A stretch of 64,000 nt of DNA from a virus, in the IMG/VR virus record IMGVR_UViG_3300045391_006990, positions 47,272 through 111,271 of that record. One strand, written 5' to 3'. A program made the translations under genes and the position numbers. The notes beneath the pieces are model-generated. The model saw only the letters and a program-made list of their open reading frames with translations. It was not told where the DNA came from and ran no database searches. Every line of letters begins with the position of its first letter. Within the stretch, counting starts at the first letter, position 1. Shown in pieces: positions 28,465 through 39,659 of this stretch.

Positions 28465-28795
28465 CTGAGGCGGTGCCTGCTCTACGCTTCTTCGACCAAC
28501 ACGTCGCAGAAGCCGTTGCCAAGTGCTGTCTTGTAGACCATGCGGGCGAAGCCCTCTTCCGAAGGGCGTAGCACGCCTTCGTACTCGCCGGTGGACTTGA
28601 TGCCGTACGGAGCTAGATGATGGACCAGCTCGTTGCGGGGCATAGTCAGCAGCCCGCTGTCGAGGACAATGATCGCCGTAGGACGTTTGGTGTCCTGCAG
28701 CAAGTCGTTGGCGGTATCGAGATTCTTCGTGAGAAGTTCTTCGAGTTGCGCGGACAAACCACCGTGGCTGTCGTTTTTGAACAAAGCAGCGAGTT

Positions 28796-29254
28796 TCATT
28801 CGGATACTTCTTTCTTGGTGATGAGCTTCTCGACGGTCTCACGATTGCGGTGAGCATCGCAGAGGTAAAAATGTCGGTGGTTGCCCAGGAACGCAACGCC
28901 GGCCGTGAACTCCTTGCAACCATCGGCCTTGCAGCGATGAAGTTGGTCGGGTTCGGCCGGCGCCTCATGGAGCCGCAGCTGGTGATCGAGCTCGTACTGC
29001 CGGTAGCAGGCCTCGGCCTCCGCCGCAGTGGCGTGCCCATCCGAATGGAACTTGTCCTTGAACGGGCGCTTCTCTTCGATGTCGCGCTCGAGCGACTCCT
29101 TCAGGTTCTTGTCCCACGCGGCAGTGCCGTAGTCGGACATCTCCTTCCAGCCAGCACAGTAGCCAATGGGGTGCGGCTGCGTACTGCCGGTGGAGGAGGT
29201 GTAGTCGTAGCGTTGGTCAGACTTGCGCTGCAGAGCTTGGTAGTACGTGGTCAT
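28796..29254 (-). CDS. hypothetical protein, likely leaderless
   Basis: TACAAT 8 nt upstream; PIGYCAG, FHSDGH and C-terminal Cys/His cluster. Confidence 0.6.
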   Translation of the reverse strand: MTTYYQALQRKSDQRYDYTSSTGSTQPHPIGYCAGWKEMSDYGTAAWDKNLKESLERDIEEKRPFKDKFHSDGHATAAEAEACYRQYELDHQLRLHEAPAEPDQLHRCKADGCKEFTAGVAFLGNHRHFYLCDAHRNRETVEKLITKKEVSE

Positions 29255-30107
29255 GGGGTCTGATTGTAACCTCCACCACGCACAGAGCTCCAGCCGCGCT
29301 AACCATCGCTCTCCATCCTACCTTCTACCGGCAGAAGAACACCCACGCCACAAGAAGGGCACTCGCCCTTGCGCTTGATGGCATGGCGCTGCGTCTGTCC
29401 CTGCCAACCGCAACCGTCGACGCGCTCGCCGTTGGGCTTGACCGTCTTGCAGCGCACCAGGATTTGGCCTTCAGCCAGGGCTGCCTGGCCCAAAGCTTGT
29501 GCGCTGAGCGAGTACGCAGTCCAGCTCTGCTTGTCCTTGGAGTAGATGGTGATCTGGATGCCGTTGCCGCTGAGGTAGGGCTCGACGGTGACTCTGCGCC
29601 CGTCGGGCAAGTCCGCTGTTGCACCAACCTGGCGCATGGAGAGCGTGTTTTCAGTCACCAGCGCTTCAACGTGAAGCGTCGTCGTCCGTTCCGGTCTCTT
29701 GCTGCTTTCGTTCATTGATCCTCACCGGCATGGGGTCGTATCGGCATCTTGCACATTGATGATGGCAGAGGGGACGTGACGCATGCCGACGGCTGTGCCG
29801 CCAGCGATGTAGTGAAGAACGATCTTGGTGCCGTCCTTGAGCCAGGCACAGGTGAAGCTGTCGTCACGGACTTGACCCACTACTCTTGCGACACAGCCGG
29901 ATTCGTGGCGATCCCGCTTGACCTTCTCGAGAGCCCAGGCTTCTTCGAAGGAGTTCCAAGCCTCTAGTAGGTCGCTGGCATTCTCGCGACTTTCACCAGC
30001 CTCCTCTTCGTCGAGCAGGTGCTCGGCCTCGCCCACCTCAGCCGCGGACAGAAGATCGGCAACCGCGCTCTTTACGCAGATGCCGAGCCGCTTGATGACC
30101 TCTTCCA

Positions 30108-30518
30108 TCACGCATCCTTCTGAGGCTTGGGCTCGTTGGCGCACAAGTGCGGGTGGCTCTTGCAGCTCTCGCAGAAGGCGATGCGCACGATGTGCCCTGT
30201 GGGCGTGCCCAAGAAATGGTCGCGCTTGCGGTACCAACCCTCGTACGCTGCTTCATTGGGGCAACCAGGGAACTCGCACGGGATGACCGGCGGAGCAACG
30301 ACGGGAGCGCGCGTGTTCCACTTGCGAATCGCCTCACGCTTGAGCTGCTGAAGCTGCTCGTCGCTTTGACCACCTAGAAAGGGCGGACCGCCTGCACCTC
30401 CATCTGGCCCCATCATGCCGCAGCCATCGCCATTGCAAATGACGAAGCCTCCGTCATCGTCGTACTCGATTTCGTTGCTGCCGCAGAATGGGCAGGGAAG
30501 TAGCGAGGGTACGCTCAT
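30108..30518 (-). CDS. Lar-family restriction alleviation-like protein
   Basis: LLPCPFCGS..VIC..CG..GP..EAIRKWNTRA signature. Confidence 0.7.
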   Translation of the reverse strand: MSVPSLLPCPFCGSNEIEYDDDGGFVICNGDGCGMMGPDGGAGGPPFLGGQSDEQLQQLKREAIRKWNTRAPVVAPPVIPCEFPGCPNEAAYEGWYRKRDHFLGTPTGHIVRIAFCESCKSHPHLCANEPKPQKDA

Positions 30519-31400
30519 CGAGGTTTGATTCCTGACCGGTCAAGGTCGATGGCCAAGTTGCGTAGGTGCCCACGCAAGTTGCGCAGCGCAGCCTTGAAGC
30601 TGGACGAGGTGAGGCCGGGATTCACGTTGCAGCTGCTGAACAGCGCAACAGCCAGCCACTTGTGCGGGCCCTGCATGCCCAAGTTGATGGTGAAGCGGCC
30701 GTTGCTCCCGCTGTAGAACGGGGCTTCATACTCCTCGCGGCGCCTGAGGATCATCCCGAACGTGCGGATATTCTCCGGCAGCTCGAGCTTCTTGATGAGC
30801 TCTGCGTCGGTGGGCTCTTTGCTCATGAAGCTGCTGCTTTCTCACGCCAGAAGGGTGCGTAGGCGAAGGGGACGTCGAGCCACTGCTCATGGTCGATGTC
30901 GTCCTTGAATGGCGTGTACGTGTGCTTGTGCTTTTCGATGAGCTCGCGAGCCAGCGGGCTGTCTTTGACGTACAGGTCCGACTCGTGATGGTCGAGCGTG
31001 AAGCCCTCTTTGACGAGCTCGTCGTAGAGCTCGTCGGATTCCGGGCGCTTGCCGTTGTTGATCACGAAGCTACTTCTCCTTCCACGAGGTCGAGCATGTA
31101 GTCGCAGACGTTGGCTGGGCGCAGTTGACCAGGTGGAGGGGCCGTGGAGCAGCGGTACTGCGCCCAACCACCAGGCATGCCGCCTTTGTCACCTTGCTGG
31201 CGAGTGTGGTCGACGTAGCGAGCAATGGGTGCGCCGCACTGCGGGCACACGCCGTTGTAGAGCAGCTTGTACTCCTCGATGAAGCCGTCGATTTGCCTGT
31301 CGATCTCGGCCGTTGGGATGCCCATCTGCTTGTAGCGCTCGATGGCGTCCGCGTAGAACTCGCGCTTCGTACGCGATTCGAGAGCTTTATTCATCTTCGC

Positions 31401-31769
31401 TCACCTCATGAAGAACAGGTCGACCCTGCGGTTTTGGTACATCCACACCTCGACATGCTTGGCGTCTCTCGACCCCGAGTACTCCCACGCCCTAGCAACT
31501 TGCGCCCTGGTTTTGACGGGGCGCAGGCCAGCTTTGTGCAGCTGCTGCCAGACCTCCAGCACGTCGATCTTGGCTGTGCTGTTAGGGAAGAGCACCAAAT
31601 CGAGGTCGTTGCTCGACTGGCCCTTGATAAGTACGCTGCCGATGAGCCCTACGTGAAAACCAACAGGTGCCAGTGCTTCCTCGAGCACACGCGCGAGTAT
31701 CAAGGCGCCCGTCAACGTCCATGCCGTGGTTGACTCACTCACTGTACTTACCCTCGTCGCCGTCGTCAT
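31401..31769 (-). CDS. minimal nucleotidyltransferase-like protein
   Basis: GSVL..G.S.NDLDL..VDLF resembles the pol-beta GS..DxD motif; start uncertain. Confidence 0.5.
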   Translation of the reverse strand: MTTATRVSTVSESTTAWTLTGALILARVLEEALAPVGFHVGLIGSVLIKGQSSNDLDLVLFPNSTAKIDVLEVWQQLHKAGLRPVKTRAQVARAWEYSGSRDAKHVEVWMYQNRRVDLFFMR

Positions 31770-32516
31770 CGCCTATGGGGTTTTCGAAGCCGTACTTGAC
31801 GGCCACGGCCTTGAACAGCGGCAGGCCGTACTGCGCGTAGTCCTCGAAGCTCTGCAGCTCATCATCGAGGACCCACATCCACATCTTCACGCAGCTGTAC
31901 ATGAGCGACGACGAGATGCCGCGCTGGTTGAGCGCCTTCTCGAAGCCAAACTCTACATCCTGAGCGAGCTGCTTCTTCACCTCTTCTTCGGTGAAGTCGC
32001 GCACCTCCCACTCGGCGCCCTCTTTGAGCTCCATACCGAACTTGCCCAAGTCGGACTCGGGGAAGAACTGAGCGAGCCGTGAGAAGTCGCGACCATCAAT
32101 CGCGTTCGACTTCAGCTTCTCTTCTGCAATTGCTTCCAAGACCTGTTCACGTGTCTTCATTGTCATCTTCCTGCTCGAGCACCCATGGCTCAAACATCAC
32201 GTAGTAGATGCAGCGCAGCGCCTGCACCAGTTGATACACGCACCATGTGCCAAGGCCCGACCAGAACAGCTTGTCCAGCTGGGTCACACGTCGACTTCGC
32301 CTTCGTCGACCGATGCAAAGGTTGTCGTTGCTAGCCACACCCTGACTTGAATGGCCAAGTTCTCTAGCGCATCGGCCTTGGTGCGTCCCGGGTAGCCGAA
32401 GATGCGCATGCCACTCGGGGAGAGCCAACTGGCGGTGTACGGCTTCTCCGGGTGATAATCGACACCCTTAGCTTCTGCTTTGTCAGCATCGACCTTCGTG
32501 ACCGTTGCCGTGACCT

Positions 32517-33041
32517 TCACGGTAACTCCTGCCAACGCTTGCGCATGTGGTCGATGACGTCGGGAGGCACGCTGTGGATAGATTCGAACGGCCCCTTCGC
32601 TTCCACGATGTGAAACGGGAAGCCCAGCTCCATGTAGGGCCTGAGCTCTTCAAGGAGCACGAACGTGTTGGTGACCACCACGCGCTTGCCGTTGTTGAGC
32701 ATGACGCGTGTTGTATTCGCGCACCAAGAATGGGCTGCGAGAGCGCTCGTGGTCCGGTACACGTACCTGCCGCGCTCCATGTGGAACATGTCCGCTTCGA
32801 GGTGCATGTCGAAGTACCCGCGCTCCAGCAGGGACTTGGCCATGGTCGACTTGCCAGCACCGGGTAAGCCCCTGATGAGCAACAGCTGGGCTTGGCGCAC
32901 GTCTTCCGACGGTGCCTCGAGGCACCACATCGAGCACCACCAACGCCTCGTACCTGCGTGATTGTCGTTGTGGCCTATTGGGCTGCGGTCGGTCTTCTCC
33001 ACACCGCAGACCTCACAGAACTCTCGATCAAGTAGTGCCAT
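32517..33041 (-). CDS. P-loop kinase / AAA_33-type ATP-binding protein
   Basis: LIRGLPGAGKST, EADMF, AHSWC, VVVTNTF, SIHSVP..M..RWQ. Confidence 0.8.
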   Translation of the reverse strand: MALLDREFCEVCGVEKTDRSPIGHNDNHAGTRRWWCSMWCLEAPSEDVRQAQLLLIRGLPGAGKSTMAKSLLERGYFDMHLEADMFHMERGRYVYRTTSALAAHSWCANTTRVMLNNGKRVVVTNTFVLLEELRPYMELGFPFHIVEAKGPFESIHSVPPDVIDHMRKRWQELP

Positions 33042-33241
33042 CGCCCACCTCGTGCTGACGGCACAGCTTCCCCATGCAGGAGCTGCAGAGCCCCATGTCG
33101 ACTGCGTAAGAGCCAGTCACATCGAGGGCTGCCGAGCAAGAAGAGCAGGGGCTGGGCCGCGCCAGCCGGCGGTAGATCAACACCAGGAGTGCCGTTAGTA
33201 ACGCTGCGATGATGTATTTCATGGTCGTTGGTCCTCGTAGT

Positions 33242-36200
33242 TCAAAGGTTTTCGCCTGGGCTCGCCACATCGGGAGCCATGGGAATGTCAGGTTGCATGG
33301 GTGAATCAGCGTCGTCGCTCGAGAACTCGAAGTCCTTGTCGTCAGGCTGCGCGCCGATGAGCTTCTGCCCGGCGGTGTCGCGCCTGTTGAACTTCCTGAT
33401 GGGCAGGTCTTCGCGTGCAAGGTCACGCATGCCGCTCATCAGCGTGCCCGAGTAACTCACGCCGTCTACGTTGAGATTGAAGAAAGTGCTGAACTGACCT
33501 TCGAGCAAAAGGTCGATGGCCCTGTCAGCTCCCTTTTGCCTGAAAGTCGACAGCATTACGTCCACAGGCTCGACCGCGGGCGCTTCATACAGGTCGAACA
33601 CGGCGCCGAGCTCGGTGAGCGAAGCGGCCATATCCTCGAGCAGGTTCGTTGCATCGTTGATCATGGAAGGCGTGGGGTTGGCGTTGGTCACGATGGGGTT
33701 GAGCGCGCGCGCCAGGTTTCTGAAGAAGAGCTCTTGCTGCGGCGACTGACCGAGCCAGGTGGTTGAACCGTCCTTGAGCTCGGTGTAGTTGGCCACCTGC
33801 GCGATGCGGATGCGCCCGAAGGGATTGGGCACGCCGAAGTCGAAGGTGAGGCTGAACGTCGAGGCGACAGCTGCGCTCAGCTCGAGCACCTGCAACGTGC
33901 TGTCGATGGAGACGACCTCTTGCTCGACGTCCACCACGTTGTAGCTGCCCACATAGAACTGCACGAGGTCGCCCACCGTCACGCCCGCTGGGAACGTGTC
34001 GAAGCGGATGAACTTCGTGAAGCCCTTGATGGGCACACCCACGTCGATAGGGTCCAGGAAGTAATCGGCGCCATGGCTCGTGCCTGCGTTGTCGACCGTG
34101 ATCGCAGAAACCAGCGTGGTGTCACGCGAGACGAAGCTCACGTCTTCGGAGCCGAACTCCACGTTGAACCCAATGCTCTTATTCCCGTCTTTGAAGACGG
34201 GTAGCGAGCTCTCGATGACGAGCTCGAACGAGGCCGTGGTCTTCACCAACTGGTCCTCACCAATGTAGTAGTGTCCTTGGTTGGGCCCGTCGCTGATGAT
34301 CAGCACGTCGCCAAAGCCGAAAGTCACGTCTGGTCCCACCTCGATGGAGATGGCGCCGTCGGTGACAGGCACGGGGAATGTAACGCCCAACACACCAGAC
34401 GCGATGGTGTTGATGCTGCCTTCTACTCCGATGTCAGTTGGAGTAAGGCTTGAGCGAATCACCACGCGATCTCCCAGCTGCACAGAATCAGGAACGGCGA
34501 CCGCTAGTGCGATGTTGGTTCCGCCCGTACCTAGAAGGCCGTCGCAGACCAGCTTACTCAGCACCACGCGCGTCGGGTCCGTAGGCTCGGAGCGCGCGCT
34601 ACCGACGTACTCGAAGGGGTGAAACACCACCTTGGCGCTCAAGGCAGCAGTCGAGCCCGTGATGTTGTCGACCACGGCCTGGGCTGATACTGGGCGGCTC
34701 CGCACCTCGATGCCAGGGAAGAAGCCCAGGATGGCGTGGGTCAGGTCCTGCACCCCGTCGGTGCGTGGCAGCCGAATAGCCCTCCGCTGGACCACGCTGC
34801 CGAGTTCGTCCGTGTCCACGAGCTGCAGGGCGCGCGCGGCAGGCCCCGTTTCGATGGAGTCGTCGCTCGCAGGCACAACAGGCGCCACGCCGGCGGTATC
34901 CACGTACTGGCCCAGAGGGTCGACCGCCGTGATGCCCCACGTCGTACCAGCGTTGGTCCCTGCCACCACATCGAGGTCGTCGCCCACTACAACGCCCAGC
35001 GCGTTCAGATCGCCGGCCAAGATGGTGAAGCGTGCGTTGTTGCCACCCAGGCTCGTCGTGGTGACGGGCCCGCTGTAGCGCAAGGGCACGAAGCGCTTCT
35101 GCATACGTAGCGATGAAGCACCCAGGCCTGCGTTCACCTCGGTCACGATCTGCTGGGCAGAACGTGTACCGATGGTGAGGGGAATGTCGAAAGTTGCGCC
35201 GCCCGTGTCGAGCTGCCCGAACACGATGCGCATGGCGTTGCTGTCTGCCGTGATGGCGAAGGGCTCCTGCAGCGTGCCCAAGAGCTCAGCCACGTACGAC
35301 AGGGGCAACGGGAAGTCGAAGGGCGTCCCGCCGTCCAAGGTGAAGCGGATGAGCTGATTGGCAGCCAGGATGGGGTAGGGGCCCGAGCTCGAGCTCTCAC
35401 GCACCGCTGGCACGGCCAGGTGCTGGGTGTCGGCGTAGGCCGTGGCCAAGCCCGAGGTGGTGATGAACTCGCTCGGAGCCGTGGCCGCCCCGTACTTCGT
35501 GACCAGCGGGCGCTGGGTGAGCAGGTCCAGCGTGACCGCGCGCAGGTTGTCGAGGCGGCTGTTCTCGTCCAGCGCCGCCAGGTCGTTGTAGTGGCTGTCG
35601 AGCACGTCGCGCGCGCGGCTGATGACACCCTGGGCAGCGATGCGGGGCAGGTTCAAGCTCGCAAAGTCGTCGATGGCGCCCGCCAGCAGCTTCACCCGCC
35701 TGATGAGCTCGTTCTGCTGGTCCACCAGCTGGCGCACGAGCCCTGGGATCTTCCCCCGGGCCCCACTCGGCGTGTCCACGATGGTAGCCGAGCCGTCGGC
35801 ACCCGTCTTCCTGATATTCGAGCCCGTGGCACCGAGGAAGCCGTCGAGGTTCTGGACGTAGCGTCGGTACGCTGGGACCTTGCTGATGTCGCTGAAGCCT
35901 TGGTCACGGGATGAAACAGCGGCTTCGAGCTCCTCCAGGGCGCTGCGTGCGTTGGCAAGCAGGCTGATGTCAGTGATAGGGGTCGTGAGCCTATCGGTAG
36001 CCTCCACTGCGTCGATGAGGCTTGCGATGGTTTGAGCCTGTGAATCAAGGGCATCCTGCAGCCTCTTCACCCCGAGCTTGAGCACATAGAAGGGGGCGTT
36101 GAAGTACAGGATGAAGCACCCTGCGGCGGCCTCTTGGATGTCGCTGAAGGATACGTCAATCTTCCTTTCCCCGAGAATACCCGTTGGATGTCGAACACTT

Positions 36201-36256
36201 GACCGTACAATCTTCTCGACGGCGTCCTGCACTTCTTGGTCGGTGTAGTTGCTCAT
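33242..36256 (-). CDS. large putative virion structural protein (1004 aa)
   Basis: Helical termini flanking a long Thr/Val/Gly-rich beta region with GDxxxI..G.N.G repeats. Confidence 0.6.
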   Translation of the reverse strand: MSNYTDQEVQDAVEKIVRSSVRHPTGILGERKIDVSFSDIQEAAAGCFILYFNAPFYVLKLGVKRLQDALDSQAQTIASLIDAVEATDRLTTPITDISLLANARSALEELEAAVSSRDQGFSDISKVPAYRRYVQNLDGFLGATGSNIRKTGADGSATIVDTPSGARGKIPGLVRQLVDQQNELIRRVKLLAGAIDDFASLNLPRIAAQGVISRARDVLDSHYNDLAALDENSRLDNLRAVTLDLLTQRPLVTKYGAATAPSEFITTSGLATAYADTQHLAVPAVRESSSSGPYPILAANQLIRFTLDGGTPFDFPLPLSYVAELLGTLQEPFAITADSNAMRIVFGQLDTGGATFDIPLTIGTRSAQQIVTEVNAGLGASSLRMQKRFVPLRYSGPVTTTSLGGNNARFTILAGDLNALGVVVGDDLDVVAGTNAGTTWGITAVDPLGQYVDTAGVAPVVPASDDSIETGPAARALQLVDTDELGSVVQRRAIRLPRTDGVQDLTHAILGFFPGIEVRSRPVSAQAVVDNITGSTAALSAKVVFHPFEYVGSARSEPTDPTRVVLSKLVCDGLLGTGGTNIALAVAVPDSVQLGDRVVIRSSLTPTDIGVEGSINTIASGVLGVTFPVPVTDGAISIEVGPDVTFGFGDVLIISDGPNQGHYYIGEDQLVKTTASFELVIESSLPVFKDGNKSIGFNVEFGSEDVSFVSRDTTLVSAITVDNAGTSHGADYFLDPIDVGVPIKGFTKFIRFDTFPAGVTVGDLVQFYVGSYNVVDVEQEVVSIDSTLQVLELSAAVASTFSLTFDFGVPNPFGRIRIAQVANYTELKDGSTTWLGQSPQQELFFRNLARALNPIVTNANPTPSMINDATNLLEDMAASLTELGAVFDLYEAPAVEPVDVMLSTFRQKGADRAIDLLLEGQFSTFFNLNVDGVSYSGTLMSGMRDLAREDLPIRKFNRRDTAGQKLIGAQPDDKDFEFSSDDADSPMQPDIPMAPDVASPGENL

Positions 36257-36528
36257 TTGCTGGGGTCTTTCTCGAGGCTGAAGCGTGCGGTAGGCACCTT
36301 GTACTTACCAAAAACGTCTGGGTGAAATTGGTTGGGCTGCAACCCACTTTGCAGGGCATTCTCCATGTCCTGCGCCATCTCGTCCTCGTAGGCTTTGGTC
36401 TTGATGCAGCGGACGCAGCTGACCAGGGTGTGGTCGGTGGTGCTTCGCATGAACCCGCGGTCTCGAGTCGCACCACAGACCGCGGCATTGTCCCCGTGTT
36501 TGAACCTCCAATGCATCACGTGGCTCAT
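36253..36528 (-). CDS. Zn-finger plus AxxMExAL tag protein
   Basis: H..VCG..VSCVRC..EMAQDMENAL. Confidence 0.65.
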   Translation of the reverse strand: MSHVMHWRFKHGDNAAVCGATRDRGFMRSTTDHTLVSCVRCIKTKAYEDEMAQDMENALQSGLQPNQFHPDVFGKYKVPTARFSLEKDPSK

Positions 36529-37642
36529 GTAGTGGGGTCTTTCTCAGGCATATCGATGCCGCTGAAGTATCTACGGATGGCCACGTCCAGGTCGAGGAAG
36601 GGGCCGTGATTTTCGCCCTGTTCGCCCAGCTCTTCCCACCAGACGATGATGGCGTACTCGGTGGTCTTCAGGAGGTGGCCACGCCACTCGAGGCGCCAGC
36701 CATGGGCGCGGGTGAGGTGAAGCTGCTGGTTGCGGGCGCCGATGCACCATGTAGCGGCTGCCTCGACATCGGGGAAGAGCAGGACGGTGTGCTCGACGCG
36801 TACGGCGCGCCAGGCTTTGGGCTCACCGGTCTCGGTCAGGGTGAAGACAGTTGTGCCGGGCACCAGGTCGATGATCTCCCAGTAATTGCCACGTGTGGGT
36901 TGGATGATGGCGCTCATGTACTTGCCTTTGCTGCTGCGCGTAGGAGCTCCACTTCACGGGGCGTGAAGGGGCCGTTGCCCGAGTGTTTGATGCAGGTTTC
37001 TACGGCCGTGACCAGGCTTTCCTCTTCGCCATGGACCAGGAGCTGCTTGGCCACATTGAGCTCGTGCTGTAGGAGGGAGGGGAGGGGTTGGGCAGGTGCT
37101 GTTCGCGGGCGCCGAAAAGTCATGTAGGGGGTGCTTTCCCTGAGCCTCGGCACCTAGCGCAGACGCCGTTGAACTGGGAGGGTATCGGACTTCTTGAGCC
37201 TGAGCCATGGCAGCTTTCGCACAGCTTGGGCTGGGTCAGGATGCGCATGACTTCTTGGTAGGTTTTGTCCTGCACAGCGAGGACGGGGTGCTCATGCTGG
37301 TCGAGGATGTAGACGATGTCGAACAGCTGCTTGGTGGTGAAGGGGGCCTTGGCTTGGAGCACGGTGGCCAGGGTGGTGAGGAAGTCGGGATGAACGCTGT
37401 TGGCTGGCGCCGAAGGTTCATTTTCTGGGTGGAGCGGGGTGCTCATGTATTGGTGACTTTCGTTGGGGTCTGAGGCAGAGAGAACACGAGGGAGCCAGGC
37501 TGGATGTGCTTACCGTCGACGGCGAGCTTAGCCGAAGAAGTGAGCTCGGTGCGCAGCCTGTGTTGGAGGATGAGCCAGCTGTGGCGCTCGGTGGCGTGAT
37601 TGGGGAATTTGTCGAGGGTGAAGGCAGGTAGGCGGTGCGGGA

Positions 37643-37915
37643 TCATGTTGGTCGAGCCTTCCTTGGCAGGTTCACCACTTTTTTGAGCGCGAGGGCTAGG
37701 CTGTTGTTTCGGAAAGTAGATGGCATCCTAAAATCTGTCAGCTTGGGCGCATCAGGGGTCAGAGCATCTTCCATCTTCTGAGCGATTCGGTCCTCGTGCG
37801 TGATGTTGGGTGTGAAGGGTTTCCCGTCGTAGGTGCGGCACACACCTTCGTGGCTGTGTTCCAAGTAGCAGCGTTTTTTGTAATTTGGCAGCACGAGCCT
37901 GTTCATACAACGCAT
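37643..37915 (-). CDS. AxxMExAL tag protein
   Basis: C..CYLEHSHEG.C..RIAQKMEDAL. Confidence 0.6.
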   Translation of the reverse strand: MRCMNRLVLPNYKKRCYLEHSHEGVCRTYDGKPFTPNITHEDRIAQKMEDALTPDAPKLTDFRMPSTFRNNSLALALKKVVNLPRKARPT

Positions 37916-37919
37916 GGCT

Positions 37920-38156
37920 TCAACCTAGTTTTGGCAGCAGCGCGATGCACGCAGGGCACGAGACGTTCTCGTCGTCGAAGGTGTAGAGCGGGGTCTTGTC
38001 GGAGAGGGGCGTGCCCTTCGACCAGTCAGCTCGGTACACGCCTTCAGGCAAGCCCTCTGGCTGCGCGTAGACGTAGTACTCCTTGTTCTGACAGAGGATG
38101 GTTACGTAGGGCTGCGAGGAGCTGTGGCAGGCGTGAACGACTTGCTCGGTGTTCAT
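37920..38156 (-). CDS. Zn-finger protein without the tag
   Basis: H..LC..VSCPAC. Confidence 0.55.
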   Translation of the reverse strand: MNTEQVVHACHSSSQPYVTILCQNKEYYVYAQPEGLPEGVYRADWSKGTPLSDKTPLYTFDDENVSCPACIALLPKLG

Positions 38157-38362
38157 GTGGTTGCTGCTTTCTGTAGTGCATGTTCCATGATTTCAGCGCG
38201 CTCGTCTCGGTACCGAGCAGTGCGCATGCAGCTCTTGCACGTCACCCAGTCGGCAAGCGAGGTCCACTGCACACGGCCTTCAGGGTCTTTGGTATTGCAT
38301 ACCTGCATGCGCTTACCGCAAGCTGTGGTGCGGTTCATGCCAAGGAAGAGGTGGACAGACAT
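38153..38362 (-). CDS. Zn-finger plus AxxMExAL tag protein
   Basis: H..TACG..VTCKSC..RAEIMEHAL. Confidence 0.65.
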   Translation of the reverse strand: MSVHLFLGMNRTTACGKRMQVCNTKDPEGRVQWTSLADWVTCKSCMRTARYRDERAEIMEHALQKAATT

Positions 38363-38637
38363 AGCTTCACGATCTTTTCGGTCAGCTCGTCGGTAAAGGC
38401 CCTGAAGCTGGCGACGGTACTGGGCGTGGTGAGCGACTCTTCCATCCGCTGGGCTTGGCACTCATCTGAGATCAGGCAGGCTTCGCAGTCCACGATGTCC
38501 AAGCTGCTAGAGAGGCGCGCGTCGTCGGGCAATTCACGTACCAGCTTGCCGCAGCCTGTACGAAACGGCATGTGCTGCTTGGGCGTGGGGAGCCAGTAAT
38601 GAATCACGATGAGCTGGTCGTTTTCGTCGACGTTCAT
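38335..38637 (-). CDS. Zn-finger plus AxxMExAL tag protein
   Basis: H..TGCG..VDCEAC..QAQRMEESL. Confidence 0.65.
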   Translation of the reverse strand: MNVDENDQLIVIHYWLPTPKQHMPFRTGCGKLVRELPDDARLSSSLDIVDCEACLISDECQAQRMEESLTTPSTVASFRAFTDELTEKIVKLCLSTSSLA

Positions 38638-39098
38638 GTGGTGCCTATCAGTAGCTGCCGTTGTGCGGATGGATTCCACTTCATGTGCTGCCCGGGCGGG
38701 AGGGTGAACTGCAGGATGATGAAGCCGTCAGCGCGCTTGACCATGTACTTGCGGTTCGCAAAGGACTCGTTGTACACGGTGAACTCTTCGATGCGCTCGC
38801 CAGCCGCCCACACGCGGTACACGCTTCCCGTCTCATCGACCAGCGTGGCAGCAGGGGCTTGGAGCGCTTCCTCCATCGCCTGTGCCTTACACTCGTCGGA
38901 CCTGAGGCAGGCGGGGCAGTCCACTTCCTTGAGCTTGCTGGTGAGCGAAGCGGGCTGCCGTAAGTCGTAGAAGCCAAGGCCGCAGGCTGTGTGCACGGGC
39001 CCACGCCTTTCGACGTAGTAGTGGTGCGCGGTAGGGAGCACACGAGTAGTGAATGAGCGGGCTGCCTCCGCAATCTTTTCTTTTAGCTCAGCGCTCAT
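38634..39098 (-). CDS. Zn-finger plus AxxMExAL tag protein
   Basis: H..TACG..VDCPAC..KAQAMEEAL and a C-terminal extension. Confidence 0.65.
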   Translation of the reverse strand: MSAELKEKIAEAARSFTTRVLPTAHHYYVERRGPVHTACGLGFYDLRQPASLTSKLKEVDCPACLRSDECKAQAMEEALQAPAATLVDETGSVYRVWAAGERIEEFTVYNESFANRKYMVKRADGFIILQFTLPPGQHMKWNPSAQRQLLIGTT

Positions 39099-39342
39099 AC
39101 ATGTCCGTACCGAACATCGACACGACGCCCTCGGTTGCTTGCCGGATGTTCGATTTGATGAGGGCACGCTCCATGCCCGTGGCCAGGTACTCGTCCGAGC
39201 ACAGGCAGCCAGGGCACGTTACTTCCTTGAGGCTGTTGGTGCCGCATACGCCGGGTTCAGTGCCCAGGGGTTGGCCGCAGGCTGGGATGTAGTTGGCACC
39301 GCGGGTGACATAGCAGACGGGCATGCGTACCTCCTGCAGCAT
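39088..39342 (-). CDS. Zn-finger plus AxxMExAL tag protein
   Basis: C..PACG..VTCPGC..LATGMERAL. Confidence 0.65.
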   Translation of the reverse strand: MLQEVRMPVCYVTRGANYIPACGQPLGTEPGVCGTNSLKEVTCPGCLCSDEYLATGMERALIKSNIRQATEGVVSMFGTDMYER

Positions 39343-39659
39343 TACGTAATCTCCAGCTTCTTCAGGTACTCGGCAGAGACCATGAGCTTGCTGAATTCCT
39401 TCTCGAGAAGTTCATTTGGATACAGTACATTCATGAAATCACCTGCCTCCACACCACGGTTGACGAAGTCAGGCTCGCGCAGCGAATCCTCCATGGATTG
39501 AGCCAAGGCATCGAGGTACTGGGCGGACTCGAGGCAGCTCTCGCAGTTGATGCGCTCGACCCAGCGCGTGGCGTACATATCGTGGGTGATGCGCACGCCA
39601 CATCCCGTACGCTTGCTGTCACCGTTCTTGGCGAAGTGGGAGGTGCCCTCGAACTTCAT
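39342..39659 (-). CDS. Zn-finger plus AxxMExAL tag protein
   Basis: H..TGCG..INCESC..LAQSMEDSL. Confidence 0.65.
   Translation of the reverse strand: MKFEGTSHFAKNGDSKRTGCGVRITHDMYATRWVERINCESCLESAQYLDALAQSMEDSLREPDFVNRGVEAGDFMNVLYPNELLEKEFSKLMVSAEYLKKLEIT

Noticed and set aside
34177-34186. GGGAATAAGA on minus
   Set aside because: It lies deep inside the 1004-aa CDS with no gene start nearby, so it was not counted as a promoter.
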